64,000 bases of DNA from an uncultured Chlamydiae bacterium (GTDB lineage: Bacteria > Chlamydiota > Chlamydiia > Chlamydiales > Parachlamydiaceae), in contig CAWHMU010000045.1 in NCBI GenBank assembly GCA_963830365.1, positions 64,001-128,000 on the forward strand, in the 5' to 3' direction. Of this stretch, positions 19,664 through 29,794 are shown one piece after another (position 1 is the stretch's first letter; each line of letters starts with the position of its first letter). The position numbers and the translations under genes are program-made. The notes under the pieces were generated by a model. The model saw nothing but the letters and a program-made list of their open reading frames with translations. It searched no databases and was not told the origin of the DNA.

Positions 19664-22300
19664 ATGAAATCCAATGCTGATCAGCTCAAGACTTCAGAAT
19701 CGAACCCTGAATCAAAAACCGATGCAAAGGACGATCTAAAAACCCTTCCCATGCCGGAATTGGAAAAGAAATTGGGGTCTTCATCCGAAGGGCTTACGCA
19801 AGCCGAGGCACAGAAACGACTGGCCCAATATGGGCCTAACGAGATTGAAGAAGAGAAAACCAATCCGCTCCTTAAATTCCTTAGTTATTTTTGGGGTCCC
19901 ATTCCGTGGATGATTGAAATCGCGGTGATTCTGTCAGGAGTAGACCGCCACTGGCCGGATTTTTTTATCATCCTGCTTTTACTTTTTACCAATGCCATCG
20001 TCGGATTTTGGGAAGAACGCCAGGCTGGAAATGCCATCGCTGCCCTGAAAGCCAAGCTGGCGATTAAGGCTCGAGTGAAACGCGATGGAAAATGGGTTAA
20101 TCCGGCGGCGCGTGAATTGGTGCCGGGAGATGTCATTCGGTTGCGCATGGGCGATATTGTGCCGGCGGATGCGCGCTTGTTAGAGGGGGATCCAGTGGAG
20201 GTAGATCAGTCTGCGCTGACAGGAGAATCACTGCCAGTCACCCACAAATCCGGCGAGGCAGTGTTTTCCGGATCGATTATACGCCAGGGCGAAATCGGAG
20301 CGCTGGTATATGGCACTGGTGCAAATACCTACTTCGGCAAGACAGCGCAATTAGTCCAAGAAGCGCATAGCGTTAGCCACTTTCAAAAAGCGGTTTTGAA
20401 GATCGGCAATTATCTGATCATCCTCGCAGTGGTGCTGGTAGCCCTGATTATTACTGTCGCGATCTTCCGTGGGGATCCGATCCTCACTACATTGCAGTTC
20501 GCCTTAGTATTGACGGTAGCGGCGATTCCTGTGGCCATGCCGACAGTACTATCGGTTACGATGGCAGTCGGTGCGCGCCTACTCGCCAGAAAAGAAGCCA
20601 TTGTGAGCAGGTTAGTGGCCATCGAAGAATTGGCAGGCGTGGATGTTCTGTGCGCGGACAAGACCGGCACCCTGACCCAGAACAAGCTGACACTTGGCGA
20701 TCCTTTCTGCATAAACAATGTTAGCACCGAGCAAGTCGTTCTCAATGCCGCACTGGCATCGCGCGCAGATAATAACGATACCATTGATCTGGCCGTGCTG
20801 GGCGGTTTGAAAAATAAAGATGCAATGAAAGGCTATCAGGTAGTCCATTTCCAGCCATTCGACCCGGTGCATAAACGTACCGAGGCCACAGTCAAGGATA
20901 AGGATGGAAAACAGTTCAAAGTGACGAAAGGGGCGCCGCAGGTGATTATGGCATTGTCGGCCAATGCCGAGCAAGTGAAGACCGCCGTCGAAAAAGCTGT
21001 CGACGAATTTGCGGCGCGCGGCTTTCGTTCTTTGGGTGTGGCGCGAGCCGATGGAGACGGCAAATGGCAGTATCTTGGTGTATTGCCTCTGTTCGACCCG
21101 CCAAGAGACGACGCCAAGGCAACGATTGCCACCGCCACTCAAATGGGAGTGCAGGTTAAGATGGTTACTGGCGATGCCATAGCCATTGCCAAGGAAACCG
21201 CTAAAACATTAGGCATGGGCACAAACATTCTTGATGCTACCGGCCTTGGCAACGCAAAGAAGCAAGAGACAAAGGCAATGGATGAGTCCATTGAGAAGGC
21301 CGATGGTTTCGCACAAGTGTTTCCAGAACATAAGTTCCACATTATAGATGTCTTGCAAAAACTCGGCCACATTGTAGGCATGACGGGCGACGGGGTGAAT
21401 GACGCTCCGGCTCTGAAAAAGGCAGACTGCGGGATTGCCGTTTCTGGCGCAACGGACGCGGCACGCGCGGCGGCAGCTATCGTGCTGCTCACGCCCGGAC
21501 TATCCGTGATTATTGATGCGATCAAAGAAAGCCGCCGTATCTTCCAGAGGATGAATAGTTATGCGATCTATCGAATTGCCGAGACATTGCGCGTGCTATT
21601 TTTTATGACGCTTGCGATCCTGATCTTTAACTTTTATCCACTGACGGCGGTGATGATTGTGATGCTGGCATTGCTTAACGACGGTGCCATTCTGTCCATT
21701 GCCTATGACAACGTGCATTACAAAAATAAGCCCGAAGCCTGGAATATGCACATGGTACTGGGCATCGCAACGGTACTTGGTGTCATCGGGGTGGTCGCAG
21801 CCTTCGGTTTGTTTTATCTCGGCGAGCGCGTCTTTCATCTCGACCGTGCGCATATTCAGACAATGATGTATTTGAAGCTATCTGTGGCGGGGCATCTAAC
21901 GATCTTTCTTACGCGTACCCGTGGCCCTTTCTGGTCCATACCCCCAGCGCGCATTTTATGGATGGCCGTGCTTGGTACTCAAACCGTGGCGACGTTTATC
22001 GCAGTTTATGGGCTATTTATGACGCCACTTGGCTGGGGGTGGGCACTGTTCGTGTGGGTATATGCGGTGTTATGGGCGCTTGTGAATGATCGCGTTAAAT
22101 TGCTGGCATATCGGTTCATTGACCCTGTCAAAGCCGAACCAAAACATGAAACGAAGACGAAGTCAAGTTCTGATGTGACGCCGCAGATCGCTAAACGCGC
22201 CTATGAACTTTACGAGAAGAACGGGCGCCAAGATGGCCATGCAGAGGAAGATTGGGAGCAGGCAGAGCGTGAAATTCGAAAAGATGAAACTCATACATGA
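19664..22300 (+). CDS. Plasma-membrane proton-efflux P3A-type ATPase with C-terminal DUF2934-like module
   Basis: FWGPIPWMIE, DQSALTGES, AAIPVAMP, DKTGTLT, KGAPQV, MTGDGVNDAPAL, ALLND. Confidence 0.95.
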   Translation: MKSNADQLKTSESNPESKTDAKDDLKTLPMPELEKKLGSSSEGLTQAEAQKRLAQYGPNEIEEEKTNPLLKFLSYFWGPIPWMIEIAVILSGVDRHWPDFFIILLLLFTNAIVGFWEERQAGNAIAALKAKLAIKARVKRDGKWVNPAARELVPGDVIRLRMGDIVPADARLLEGDPVEVDQSALTGESLPVTHKSGEAVFSGSIIRQGEIGALVYGTGANTYFGKTAQLVQEAHSVSHFQKAVLKIGNYLIILAVVLVALIITVAIFRGDPILTTLQFALVLTVAAIPVAMPTVLSVTMAVGARLLARKEAIVSRLVAIEELAGVDVLCADKTGTLTQNKLTLGDPFCINNVSTEQVVLNAALASRADNNDTIDLAVLGGLKNKDAMKGYQVVHFQPFDPVHKRTEATVKDKDGKQFKVTKGAPQVIMALSANAEQVKTAVEKAVDEFAARGFRSLGVARADGDGKWQYLGVLPLFDPPRDDAKATIATATQMGVQVKMVTGDAIAIAKETAKTLGMGTNILDATGLGNAKKQETKAMDESIEKADGFAQVFPEHKFHIIDVLQKLGHIVGMTGDGVNDAPALKKADCGIAVSGATDAARAAAAIVLLTPGLSVIIDAIKESRRIFQRMNSYAIYRIAETLRVLFFMTLAILIFNFYPLTAVMIVMLALLNDGAILSIAYDNVHYKNKPEAWNMHMVLGIATVLGVIGVVAAFGLFYLGERVFHLDRAHIQTMMYLKLSVAGHLTIFLTRTRGPFWSIPPARILWMAVLGTQTVATFIAVYGLFMTPLGWGWALFVWVYAVLWALVNDRVKLLAYRFIDPVKAEPKHETKTKSSSDVTPQIAKRAYELYEKNGRQDGHAEEDWEQAEREIRKDETHT

Positions 22301-22325
22301 ACTAAAAAATCAAAAGGAAATTAAA

Positions 22326-23237
22326 ATGAACAAAAGCTCTTTTTCCATCCTAGTATTCTTCGTCATTTTAATCATCGGTGCAATACTAGCATATGCCCTG
22401 CAGGTGAGTTTTGAGGGCTACGCAAGCTACTTTGTCTTTGCCGTTGCGTTTCTCATTGCCTACGTCGTTTCGGCATCAATTAATGTTGCAAATCAGTGGG
22501 ACAGGGCCATCGTTTTGCGACTGGGCCATTTTCACGCCTTAAAGGGGCCAGGCTTGTTTTTTATCATCCCTATTATCGATAAAGTAGCTTACTGGATCGA
22601 CATCCGAGTTATCACGAGTTCATTCAAAGCGGAAAAAACGTTGACCAAAGATACGGTGCCTGTCGATGTCGATGCGGTCCTCTTTTGGAAAGTAATTGAT
22701 CCAAAGAAGGCTGCCCTGGAGGTCGCCGATTACATAAGTGCCATTGGGTGGGCCTCGCAAACAGCCCTGCGCGATGTGATTGGCAAGACGATGCTTTCCG
22801 ACATGCTTGAAGGACGAAATAAAATCAGCAATGAACTGCAAATCATCATTGATGAGCGGACCGAGCCTTGGGGAATCAATGTCATTTCTGTCGAAGTCAA
22901 AGATGTGCTGATTCCACCCGCTTTAGAAGATGCCATGTCAATGCAAGCGCAGGCGGAAAGGGAACGTCAGGCCCGGGTCATTCTTGGAGATTCAGAGCGG
23001 CAAGTGGCAGAAAAATTTGGCGAAGCGGCTAAGACCTATATCAACAATCCTGTGGCATTGCATTTAAGGGCTATGAACATGCTTTATGAAGGATTAAAAC
23101 AAAACTCTACTATCGTCATTGTCCCCAGCTCGGCCATCGAAACGATGCAACTGGGAGGTCTGGCGGGAATGACCGCCTTGACTATGGGATTGGATCAAAA
23201 GCAACCGGGCAATCCAAAAAAAGATGAGGTAGAGTAA
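22326..23237 (+). CDS. SPFH/stomatin (slipin) family membrane protein
   Basis: KGPGLFFIIP, TLTKDTVPVDVDAV, AQAERERQARVI; ATG 22326 with AAGGA RBS. Confidence 0.93.
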   Translation: MNKSSFSILVFFVILIIGAILAYALQVSFEGYASYFVFAVAFLIAYVVSASINVANQWDRAIVLRLGHFHALKGPGLFFIIPIIDKVAYWIDIRVITSSFKAEKTLTKDTVPVDVDAVLFWKVIDPKKAALEVADYISAIGWASQTALRDVIGKTMLSDMLEGRNKISNELQIIIDERTEPWGINVISVEVKDVLIPPALEDAMSMQAQAERERQARVILGDSERQVAEKFGEAAKTYINNPVALHLRAMNMLYEGLKQNSTIVIVPSSAIETMQLGGLAGMTALTMGLDQKQPGNPKKDEVE

Positions 23238-23241
23238 AATC

Positions 23242-24669
23242 ATGACCAATAAACAGCCAGATCAACAATATGAAATAGGCATGGTCGGCTTGGGCGTCAT
23301 GGGGCGCAATCTCTTGCTGAACATGGCAGAGCATGGTTTTTCAGTGGCGGGTTACGACAAAGATCCCTCCAAGGTTGAAGCCTTGCGTCAGGCAGCGGAG
23401 AATCGCGAAATCCGGGGCGCTTCGGACATCAAGGAATTCATCGGCTTGCTCCGTCAACCGCGCGCAGTCATGCTGCTCGTTCCGGCCGGAGCTCCCGTTG
23501 ATGCGGTAATTAAAGATCTGCTGGAGCATCTTCAACCAGGCGACCTGATCATTGACGGCGGAAACTCCTACTTCAAAGACACTGATGTGCGCGCCCGCCA
23601 CTTGAAAGCGCAAGGCATCCAGTTCCTCGGTGTGGGAGTTTCCGGTGGCGAAGAAGGTGCTCGGCATGGTCCGAGCATTATGCCAGGCGGACCCAAAGAG
23701 GCATATGAGCGTGTCCGTCCGATCTTTGAAGCTGCTGCAGCCAAGGTGAATGGCGATCCGTGCGTGACCTGGCTCGGACCAAGGTCGGCCGGACATTTCG
23801 TGAAGATGGTCCATAACGGCATCGAATACGGTATTATGCAACTGCTGGCCGAGACATATGATCTGATGAAACGTGGTTTAGAAATGAATGACGATGAAGT
23901 GGGCGAGGTTTATGCTTTATGGAACAAAGGCGAACTCAACGGTTATCTGATGGAAATAACCAGCCAAATTTTTTCCAAACAGGACAAAAAAACAAACAAA
24001 CGGCTGATCGACGAAATCCTCGATGTAGCCAGACAAAAAGGCACTGGCATGTGGACCTCGCAAAGCGCGATGGGACTGCAAGTGCCGATTCCGACCATCG
24101 ATTTGGCGGTTGCCATGCGCGATATGTCTGTGTTCGAAGAGGAACGGAAGCAAGCCAGCACGATTTATCAGCGGCCAATAAAACGCTTGAATAGCGACCG
24201 CAGCATGTTCCTTAAGCAACTGCACAGTGCACTTTATGCCGCGATGATCATCACATATGCGCAGGGCTTTGCTCTTTTAGTGGCAGCCTCAGATCAATAC
24301 AAGTATCAAATCGATTTTGAATCCGTAGCGCGGATTTGGAGAGGCGGTTGTATCATCCGCGCGGCCTTGCTGGAAGATATCTGTGCAGCCTTTCGCAGCA
24401 GACGCGATCTAACGAATTTGCTGCTGGATCCCAATATATCCCGCAAAATGATGGAGCATCAGGCGAGCTTGCGCCAAGTCGTTTGCCAGGCGGCCGAAAC
24501 AGGCGTGCCAGTGCCTGGGTTAATGGTTTCGTTGGGCTATTTCGATGCTTACGGCAGCGCGTGGCTTCCAGCCAATCTCATTCAAGCCCAGCGCGATTAT
24601 TTTGGAGCCCATACTTATGAGCGGATCGATGCTAAGGGCACTTTTCATATGGAATGGGAGAAGGAGTAA
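23242..24669 (+). CDS. gnd: 6-phosphogluconate dehydrogenase (decarboxylating)
   Basis: GLGVMG, IDGGNS, GVSGGEEGA, KMVHNGIEY, QAQRDYFGAHTY. Confidence 0.98.
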   Translation: MTNKQPDQQYEIGMVGLGVMGRNLLLNMAEHGFSVAGYDKDPSKVEALRQAAENREIRGASDIKEFIGLLRQPRAVMLLVPAGAPVDAVIKDLLEHLQPGDLIIDGGNSYFKDTDVRARHLKAQGIQFLGVGVSGGEEGARHGPSIMPGGPKEAYERVRPIFEAAAAKVNGDPCVTWLGPRSAGHFVKMVHNGIEYGIMQLLAETYDLMKRGLEMNDDEVGEVYALWNKGELNGYLMEITSQIFSKQDKKTNKRLIDEILDVARQKGTGMWTSQSAMGLQVPIPTIDLAVAMRDMSVFEEERKQASTIYQRPIKRLNSDRSMFLKQLHSALYAAMIITYAQGFALLVAASDQYKYQIDFESVARIWRGGCIIRAALLEDICAAFRSRRDLTNLLLDPNISRKMMEHQASLRQVVCQAAETGVPVPGLMVSLGYFDAYGSAWLPANLIQAQRDYFGAHTYERIDAKGTFHMEWEKE

Positions 24670-24674
24670 ACAGC

Positions 24675-26228
24675 ATGCAAACGAAAGATCAACTCGAGCC
24701 GACTGTATTCGTTATTTTTGGCGGCGGCGGAGACTTGACCTGGCGGAAACTTGTGCCGGCCTTGTTTGACCTCTCCCAGGATCGAAGTATGCCTGCTTAT
24801 TTTTCGATCATTGTGGTAGATCGCGTTGACTTGAGCGACGAAAAGCTACGCCGCCGACTCCATGATGGTGTTAAAAAATTTTCGCGGCATGGAATGGTGA
24901 AAACTAGCGAATGGAGCAAGTTTGCCAAACATATTCACTATCAGAAGGGCGATTTCAAGAAGCTGGAAACTTATAGGACCTTAGGCAAACAATGTAAGAA
25001 GCTGGAAGAGGAATGGGACACCAAAGCCCACCGCATTTTTTATATGGCTACACCGCCCAGTATGTTTGGAGAAATCCCAAAATATCTCGGCAAAGCAGGC
25101 TTGACATGTGACCAGAAGTGGGCGCGGATTGTGATCGAGAAACCGATTGGCTATGACTTGGAATCTGCCAGAGCTTTGAATGCGATCCTTGCTGCAAATT
25201 TCGATGAATCACAAATCTTCCGCATCGATCATTATTTGGGCAAGGAAACAGTACAGAACATTTTGGCTTTTCGTTTTGCTAATCCTCTCTTTGAGCCGAT
25301 CTGGAATCGTCGCTATGTGGATTATGTCACCATCACCGTTGCGGAAACTGTCGGGGTCGAGCATCGGGGCGCCTATTACGACCACGCCGGCGCCCTGCGT
25401 GACATGGTACAGAATCACCTAATGCAACTGCTCTGTCTGGTTGCAATGGAACCTATGGTCTCGTTTGAAGCTGACGAAATTCGCAATAAGAAAGTGGACG
25501 TTCTTCACGCCGTTCGGCCGATTCACCGAGATGACGTTCATCAATGCGTTGTGCGTGGGCAATACGGACAAGGTTGGGAAGATGGAAAAAAAGTTACTAG
25601 TTACCGGAACGAAGATGGTGTGGCACCTGATTCCCAAACTGAAACATTTGTCGCACTTAGGCTTTCCATCGACAATTGGCGCTGGCAGGGCGTGCCTTTT
25701 TACCTCCGCACCGGAAAACGTCTTAATCGGCAGGCCTCGGAAATTATGATCCAATTCCGCGGAGTGCCTCATCAGTCCTTTCCGGCCGAGGCAACTCTCG
25801 ATTGGCAGCCATCACGTCTGGTAATGTCTATCCAGCCGGAAGAAGGAATTGTGCTGCGCTTTCAGGCGAAACATCCCGGGTCAAAGATCCACCTGCGCTC
25901 CGTGGAAATGCAGTTTAATTATGAGGATGCCTTCGCTATCCGCTCGCCTGATGCTTATGAAACGTTGCTATGGGACATCATGAAGAACGACGCCACTTTG
26001 TTTATGCGAGCGGATCAAGTAGAGGCGGCTTGGCAGTTATTGATGCCCGTGCTCGATGTCTGGGCGGAGTCTCCGCCCAGTGATTTCCCCAATTACGCCT
26101 CCGGTACGTGGGGACCTGAGACTGTTCAAGGCCTGCTAGCTGAAGGACACTGTTGGCCGTTACCTACTGAATTACTGGGGCATTATAAGAAGAAAGAAAA
26201 GGGTTCTTGTAAAAGTAAGAGGAACTAG
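24675..26228 (+). CDS. zwf: Glucose-6-phosphate 1-dehydrogenase
   Basis: IFGGGGDL, EKPIG, RIDHYLGKE, RDMVQNH, GVPFYLRTGK; ATG 24675 follows an AAGGAG RBS. Confidence 0.98.
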   Translation: MQTKDQLEPTVFVIFGGGGDLTWRKLVPALFDLSQDRSMPAYFSIIVVDRVDLSDEKLRRRLHDGVKKFSRHGMVKTSEWSKFAKHIHYQKGDFKKLETYRTLGKQCKKLEEEWDTKAHRIFYMATPPSMFGEIPKYLGKAGLTCDQKWARIVIEKPIGYDLESARALNAILAANFDESQIFRIDHYLGKETVQNILAFRFANPLFEPIWNRRYVDYVTITVAETVGVEHRGAYYDHAGALRDMVQNHLMQLLCLVAMEPMVSFEADEIRNKKVDVLHAVRPIHRDDVHQCVVRGQYGQGWEDGKKVTSYRNEDGVAPDSQTETFVALRLSIDNWRWQGVPFYLRTGKRLNRQASEIMIQFRGVPHQSFPAEATLDWQPSRLVMSIQPEEGIVLRFQAKHPGSKIHLRSVEMQFNYEDAFAIRSPDAYETLLWDIMKNDATLFMRADQVEAAWQLLMPVLDVWAESPPSDFPNYASGTWGPETVQGLLAEGHCWPLPTELLGHYKKKEKGSCKSKRN

Positions 26229-27158
26229 ATGAAGCAAAGTCTGCTAAACCAGATTCGTCACTTTTTTGATGAGGAGGTATGGGATATTCCGGAGGATCCT
26301 GCCAAACCAATCAAATCATTTTTTATAAGAACTTTAAAAATTTCTCTTTCTGCCGGTATTGGATTTTTTAAAGATGAATGCACTTTAAAAGCATCAGCTT
26401 TAACTTATTACTCTCTACTTACGATCGTTCCGTTTCTCGCGGTAGCATTTGGAATAGCAGCAGGACTCGGTTTTGAAAAATCTTTTGAATCAGTCATCTT
26501 AGACAAATTTAAAGATCAACCCGAATTGGCTAACAAAATAATGGATTTTACCCATTCCACGCTAGCCCATGCTCAAGGGGGGGTGATTGCCGGAACTGGC
26601 ATCATTATGTTAATTTGGGCCGTCCTTATGCTGATGGCTTGTATCGAACAGTCCATAAATGATATTTGGAAAGTAAAAAACACACGTTCCCTTTCAAGAA
26701 GACTTGCCAGTTATTTGGCGACGATATTTTTTTTCCCCATTTTTTTTGTAACTTCGAGCGCTATTTCCATTTATGTGTTGAGAGGGATTATTGAAGCGAG
26801 TAAGGCCACTGACCTTTATAATACACTAAATCCTCTGATCAGTTTTTTATTCCATATTGTTCCCATCGTTTTAAGTTGGCTGTCCTTCACCTTCGTTTAT
26901 CTTTTTGTACCTTGCACCAAAGTTCCATGGAAATCAGGAGTGATCGCAGGCATAATTGCCGGTACGACCTACCAGATTGTTCAATGGACTTATTTTCATT
27001 TTCAGATTGGTTTGTCGAGTTATGGAGCCATCTATGGGAGTTTTGCCGCTATTCCGCTATTTCTAATATGGCTTAACTTAAACTGGCTCATTCTGCTTGC
27101 AGGAGCTCAAATCGCCCATCAGTTAAAAATAAGCCATTTAGCATCAAAAGCAACTTAG
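26229..27158 (+). CDS. YihY/BrkB-family membrane protein
   Basis: ASALTYYSLL..VP and YGAIYGSFAAIPLFLIW motifs. Confidence 0.9.
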   Translation: MKQSLLNQIRHFFDEEVWDIPEDPAKPIKSFFIRTLKISLSAGIGFFKDECTLKASALTYYSLLTIVPFLAVAFGIAAGLGFEKSFESVILDKFKDQPELANKIMDFTHSTLAHAQGGVIAGTGIIMLIWAVLMLMACIEQSINDIWKVKNTRSLSRRLASYLATIFFFPIFFVTSSAISIYVLRGIIEASKATDLYNTLNPLISFLFHIVPIVLSWLSFTFVYLFVPCTKVPWKSGVIAGIIAGTTYQIVQWTYFHFQIGLSSYGAIYGSFAAIPLFLIWLNLNWLILLAGAQIAHQLKISHLASKAT

Positions 27159-27319
27159 CCAAAAATATAAAAGAACTATGGTTCATCACACAAATGAAGA
27201 CCTCTCCAAGAGGATTCGTCAAAAAGCCTTAGTAATCGATGGTTGAAAAAAAGAAGTAACAATCTATTTGTAAGGTTCTCTTTGAAACAAATCGACATTC
27301 TGCCACAGAAGGTCTAGTT

Positions 27320-27557
27320 AGCCTCGATAGAGGCGGAAGCATGTAGCCATAGGTGTCAACCTATGGAATAAAATGTAGTATAAAGAGAGCCGTGAATACG
27401 GCGACAGCAACTTCAAGAGATGCTAAATCAGATACAATTTTCATAGCATATAATATCCTTTAGCCAGTGCTGTCGCCGTATTCACGGCTTTGTTTCTAAA
27501 CATTCGGTCACCACACGCTGATGCATGCGGCTACATGCTTCCGCCTCTATCGAGGCT
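27320..27557. repeat. Nested palindromic repeat (29-bp outer and 22-bp inner perfect inverted repeats)
   Basis: 27320-27348 pairs with 27529-27557; 27388-27409 pairs with 27468-27489; related arms recur at ~29867-30098. Confidence 0.9.
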
Positions 27558-27722
27558 TTAAAAATGCGCTCTGTCGCTTATATGGCAGCACTAGCTCAAC
27601 TCCTGCCTTCACAGGAGCGCACGTGCAATTTGCCATTTTGTATGATGTGTTTTTGCAACGTCCTCGATTAATTTACATAAGGTGAAGTACTTATTTGGAA
27701 AAGGTGTCAAAAAGGTGAAAAA

Positions 27723-27813
27723 GGTGTCAGGCTTGGCATTTGCAGATTTGACACTTAAATATCTTGCTTTCAATATTCTAAGAATCAAATCTCCAAATGC
27801 CCAGCCTGGCACC
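27723..27813. repeat. ~90-bp palindromic element, copy 1
   Basis: AGGCTTGGCATTTG...CAAATGCCCAGCCT; near-identical reverse-complement copy at ~29470-29560. Confidence 0.85.
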
Positions 27814-28222
27814 CTTTATTCCTTGACGTCCATTATTATCTATGCGAGGGATTTACTGTCGGCGGCGGCCTCAAATATCAATATTGAGAGACTAGACAAG
27901 GCCGCTTAAGCACTAACGTGGGCACTTTTGTCCCGCATGGTTATCCTCCGACCATTAAAGTCTGCGCTGATGCCACATGGAGCTCTTTCAGTGCCACTTT
28001 GGATATCGGCTACTTTTTTTAAGACCTACTCTCTCCCTGTATAAAGCCGCCGGGACAAGTCACCTGAGGCGCCCTTCGGCACGCTATATAAAACATTTCC
28101 TTGACATCGACAAGGAAAGGAGCGAAAAGCAACACTAAAAAGCAAATAAACATCTTACATTGCGCCCTATCCATCTGCGCTGCGGCCCTCGTTTGCCGCG
28201 ATGCTAAAGCCAAGGAGCTTGT

Positions 28223-29347
28223 TTGATGAGTGCCGCTGTCAGCCCCGCCTGTGCCTTTGTGTGGAATGCCAGAAATTATATTATCCCGGTCACGACGTTA
28301 GGCATTCCCCTTGCCATCGAAGCCATTGTCGCCACAGTTTGGACCCTGCAAAATCCCGGCTGCATCAAGAATAGAGTGATAGAAGTTAAGCAAAATCTAA
28401 GCCAGGCATTTTGCCGCCAGCCGGAAGAAAGCACGCCCCATTATGCAAAAAAACTAGCGCTAAACATTTCGCGCACTGCAGGAGCTGCCCTCGCCCTCGG
28501 TGCAAGCGCAGCCGTGCCCTTTGTCTATATGTCTCCGCTGATGGCCATTCCGGCAGCTCTTGCAGCAATTCAACTTGTCGGCAGGACTCTGTTGTTCCTG
28601 GATCGGCTGCCAGCTATGATTGGAACAGCCAAAGACTATATAAAAGGCGCCTTCACCAAAAATCCGGATGAAGCCACTGAAGAATACCAGAAGAGGCGCT
28701 GGGAAGGGATTCGCTGCATTGTACGCTACACCCTCATCTTTGCCGGCGCTGTGACCCTGACAGCCTTTGCAGCCCAGATCGCCCGACTGCTCAGCCAAGC
28801 CCAGTCTGTGTGGAACCTTGAGACCCTGCTGCCGAATCAAACCCCTACGGTGGTATTCTGCGAATACACGCTCGTCGCCGCGCTGCACGCCGTACAGGCA
28901 GTCCTTGCCATGAAGAACCATAGCCATGGGCAAGCGATATTCCACGCTTGTGCGGCTATGGCGGGTATCGCCTTCCCGATAGGATATCTGGCCCAAGGCG
29001 ATCAGATGCGCTTGCACCATTCGATCATCGGACTGCTCGTCCAGCTTGCCCCATGGTCCTCCGTGCAGACCCTTGGCAGCATCATCGCCTTCGACTCTTT
29101 TCTGAACATGACCATGGATCCAAGAGGATATGTCGACAACTATGGCATATTCAGGCAGTACGACTATCAAAACGCTCTGGTGGAAAACATGCCTTGGGCG
29201 CTGATTTCAATATCGTCGCTGACATTTTTGGATGACGCTCTGGATTACTTTATAACAACGCCGGCACAACAGATGGCCTTAGCTTTGTCATCTGCAGGCC
29301 AGCAGAAAGGTGGTCGCCAAAAACTTGCTCCTGCTCTTTCTGTGTGA
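28223..29347 (+). CDS. Hypothetical multi-pass membrane protein
   Basis: 374-aa ORF with AAGGAG RBS, several hydrophobic hairpins and an internal repeat (AF..xP.E....Y.K). Confidence 0.75.
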   Translation: MMSAAVSPACAFVWNARNYIIPVTTLGIPLAIEAIVATVWTLQNPGCIKNRVIEVKQNLSQAFCRQPEESTPHYAKKLALNISRTAGAALALGASAAVPFVYMSPLMAIPAALAAIQLVGRTLLFLDRLPAMIGTAKDYIKGAFTKNPDEATEEYQKRRWEGIRCIVRYTLIFAGAVTLTAFAAQIARLLSQAQSVWNLETLLPNQTPTVVFCEYTLVAALHAVQAVLAMKNHSHGQAIFHACAAMAGIAFPIGYLAQGDQMRLHHSIIGLLVQLAPWSSVQTLGSIIAFDSFLNMTMDPRGYVDNYGIFRQYDYQNALVENMPWALISISSLTFLDDALDYFITTPAQQMALALSSAGQQKGGRQKLAPALSV

Positions 29348-29469
29348 GGCTGCTTTATTTGAGCAGAAGCTCTTCCAGCTTTTCCAGCTGCGGGCTGCCG
29401 GCATAGCGCTTCAATCTTGCCTCCACACAGTTCGCCGGCAGATGATTTGCCGGTATTCGGTCTTGAAAA

Positions 29470-29560
29470 GGTATCAAGCTTGGCATTTGGAGATTTTATT
29501 CTTAGAATATTGAAAGCAAGTTATTTAATTGTCAAACCTCCAAATGCCAAGCCTGATACA
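29470..29560. repeat. ~90-bp palindromic element, copy 2 (inverted relative to copy 1)
   Basis: GTATCAAGCTTGGCATTTGGAG...CTCCAAATGCCAAGCCTGATAC. Confidence 0.85.
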
Positions 29561-29682
29561 TTAATCCCTGCGAATATTTAGAAGATGTGATGCGCAGCAT
29601 CATGGGCCATAACCGTCAAAAGATCCACGAACTTCTTCCCGATGAGTGGCTAAAGAGTCGCGATCAAAAAAACGTTTCCTGA
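29560..29682 (+). pseudogene. IS66 TnpC C-terminal fragment
   Basis: Hand translation INPCEYLEDVMRSIMGHNRQKIHELLPDEW parallels INPRDYLEYVMMRLNGHPASKLHELLPDNW of the intact TnpC. Confidence 0.8.
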
Positions 29683-29794
29683 TTTCCTGTTCAGATGTTC
29701 TTCTCGGGAATTGGGGGCAGACTTTCCGAGAAGAACCTTTGTGGACCCAGCCTAGAAAAGGGGGTGTAGAAGGTAACACAATGGAACAAAAATA

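Noticed and set aside
28460..29170. 236-aa antisense ORF, and other long antisense ORFs such as 6280-7032, 37540-38157 and 57941-58567
   Set aside because: They shadow better-supported genes on the opposite strand and show no recognisable motifs
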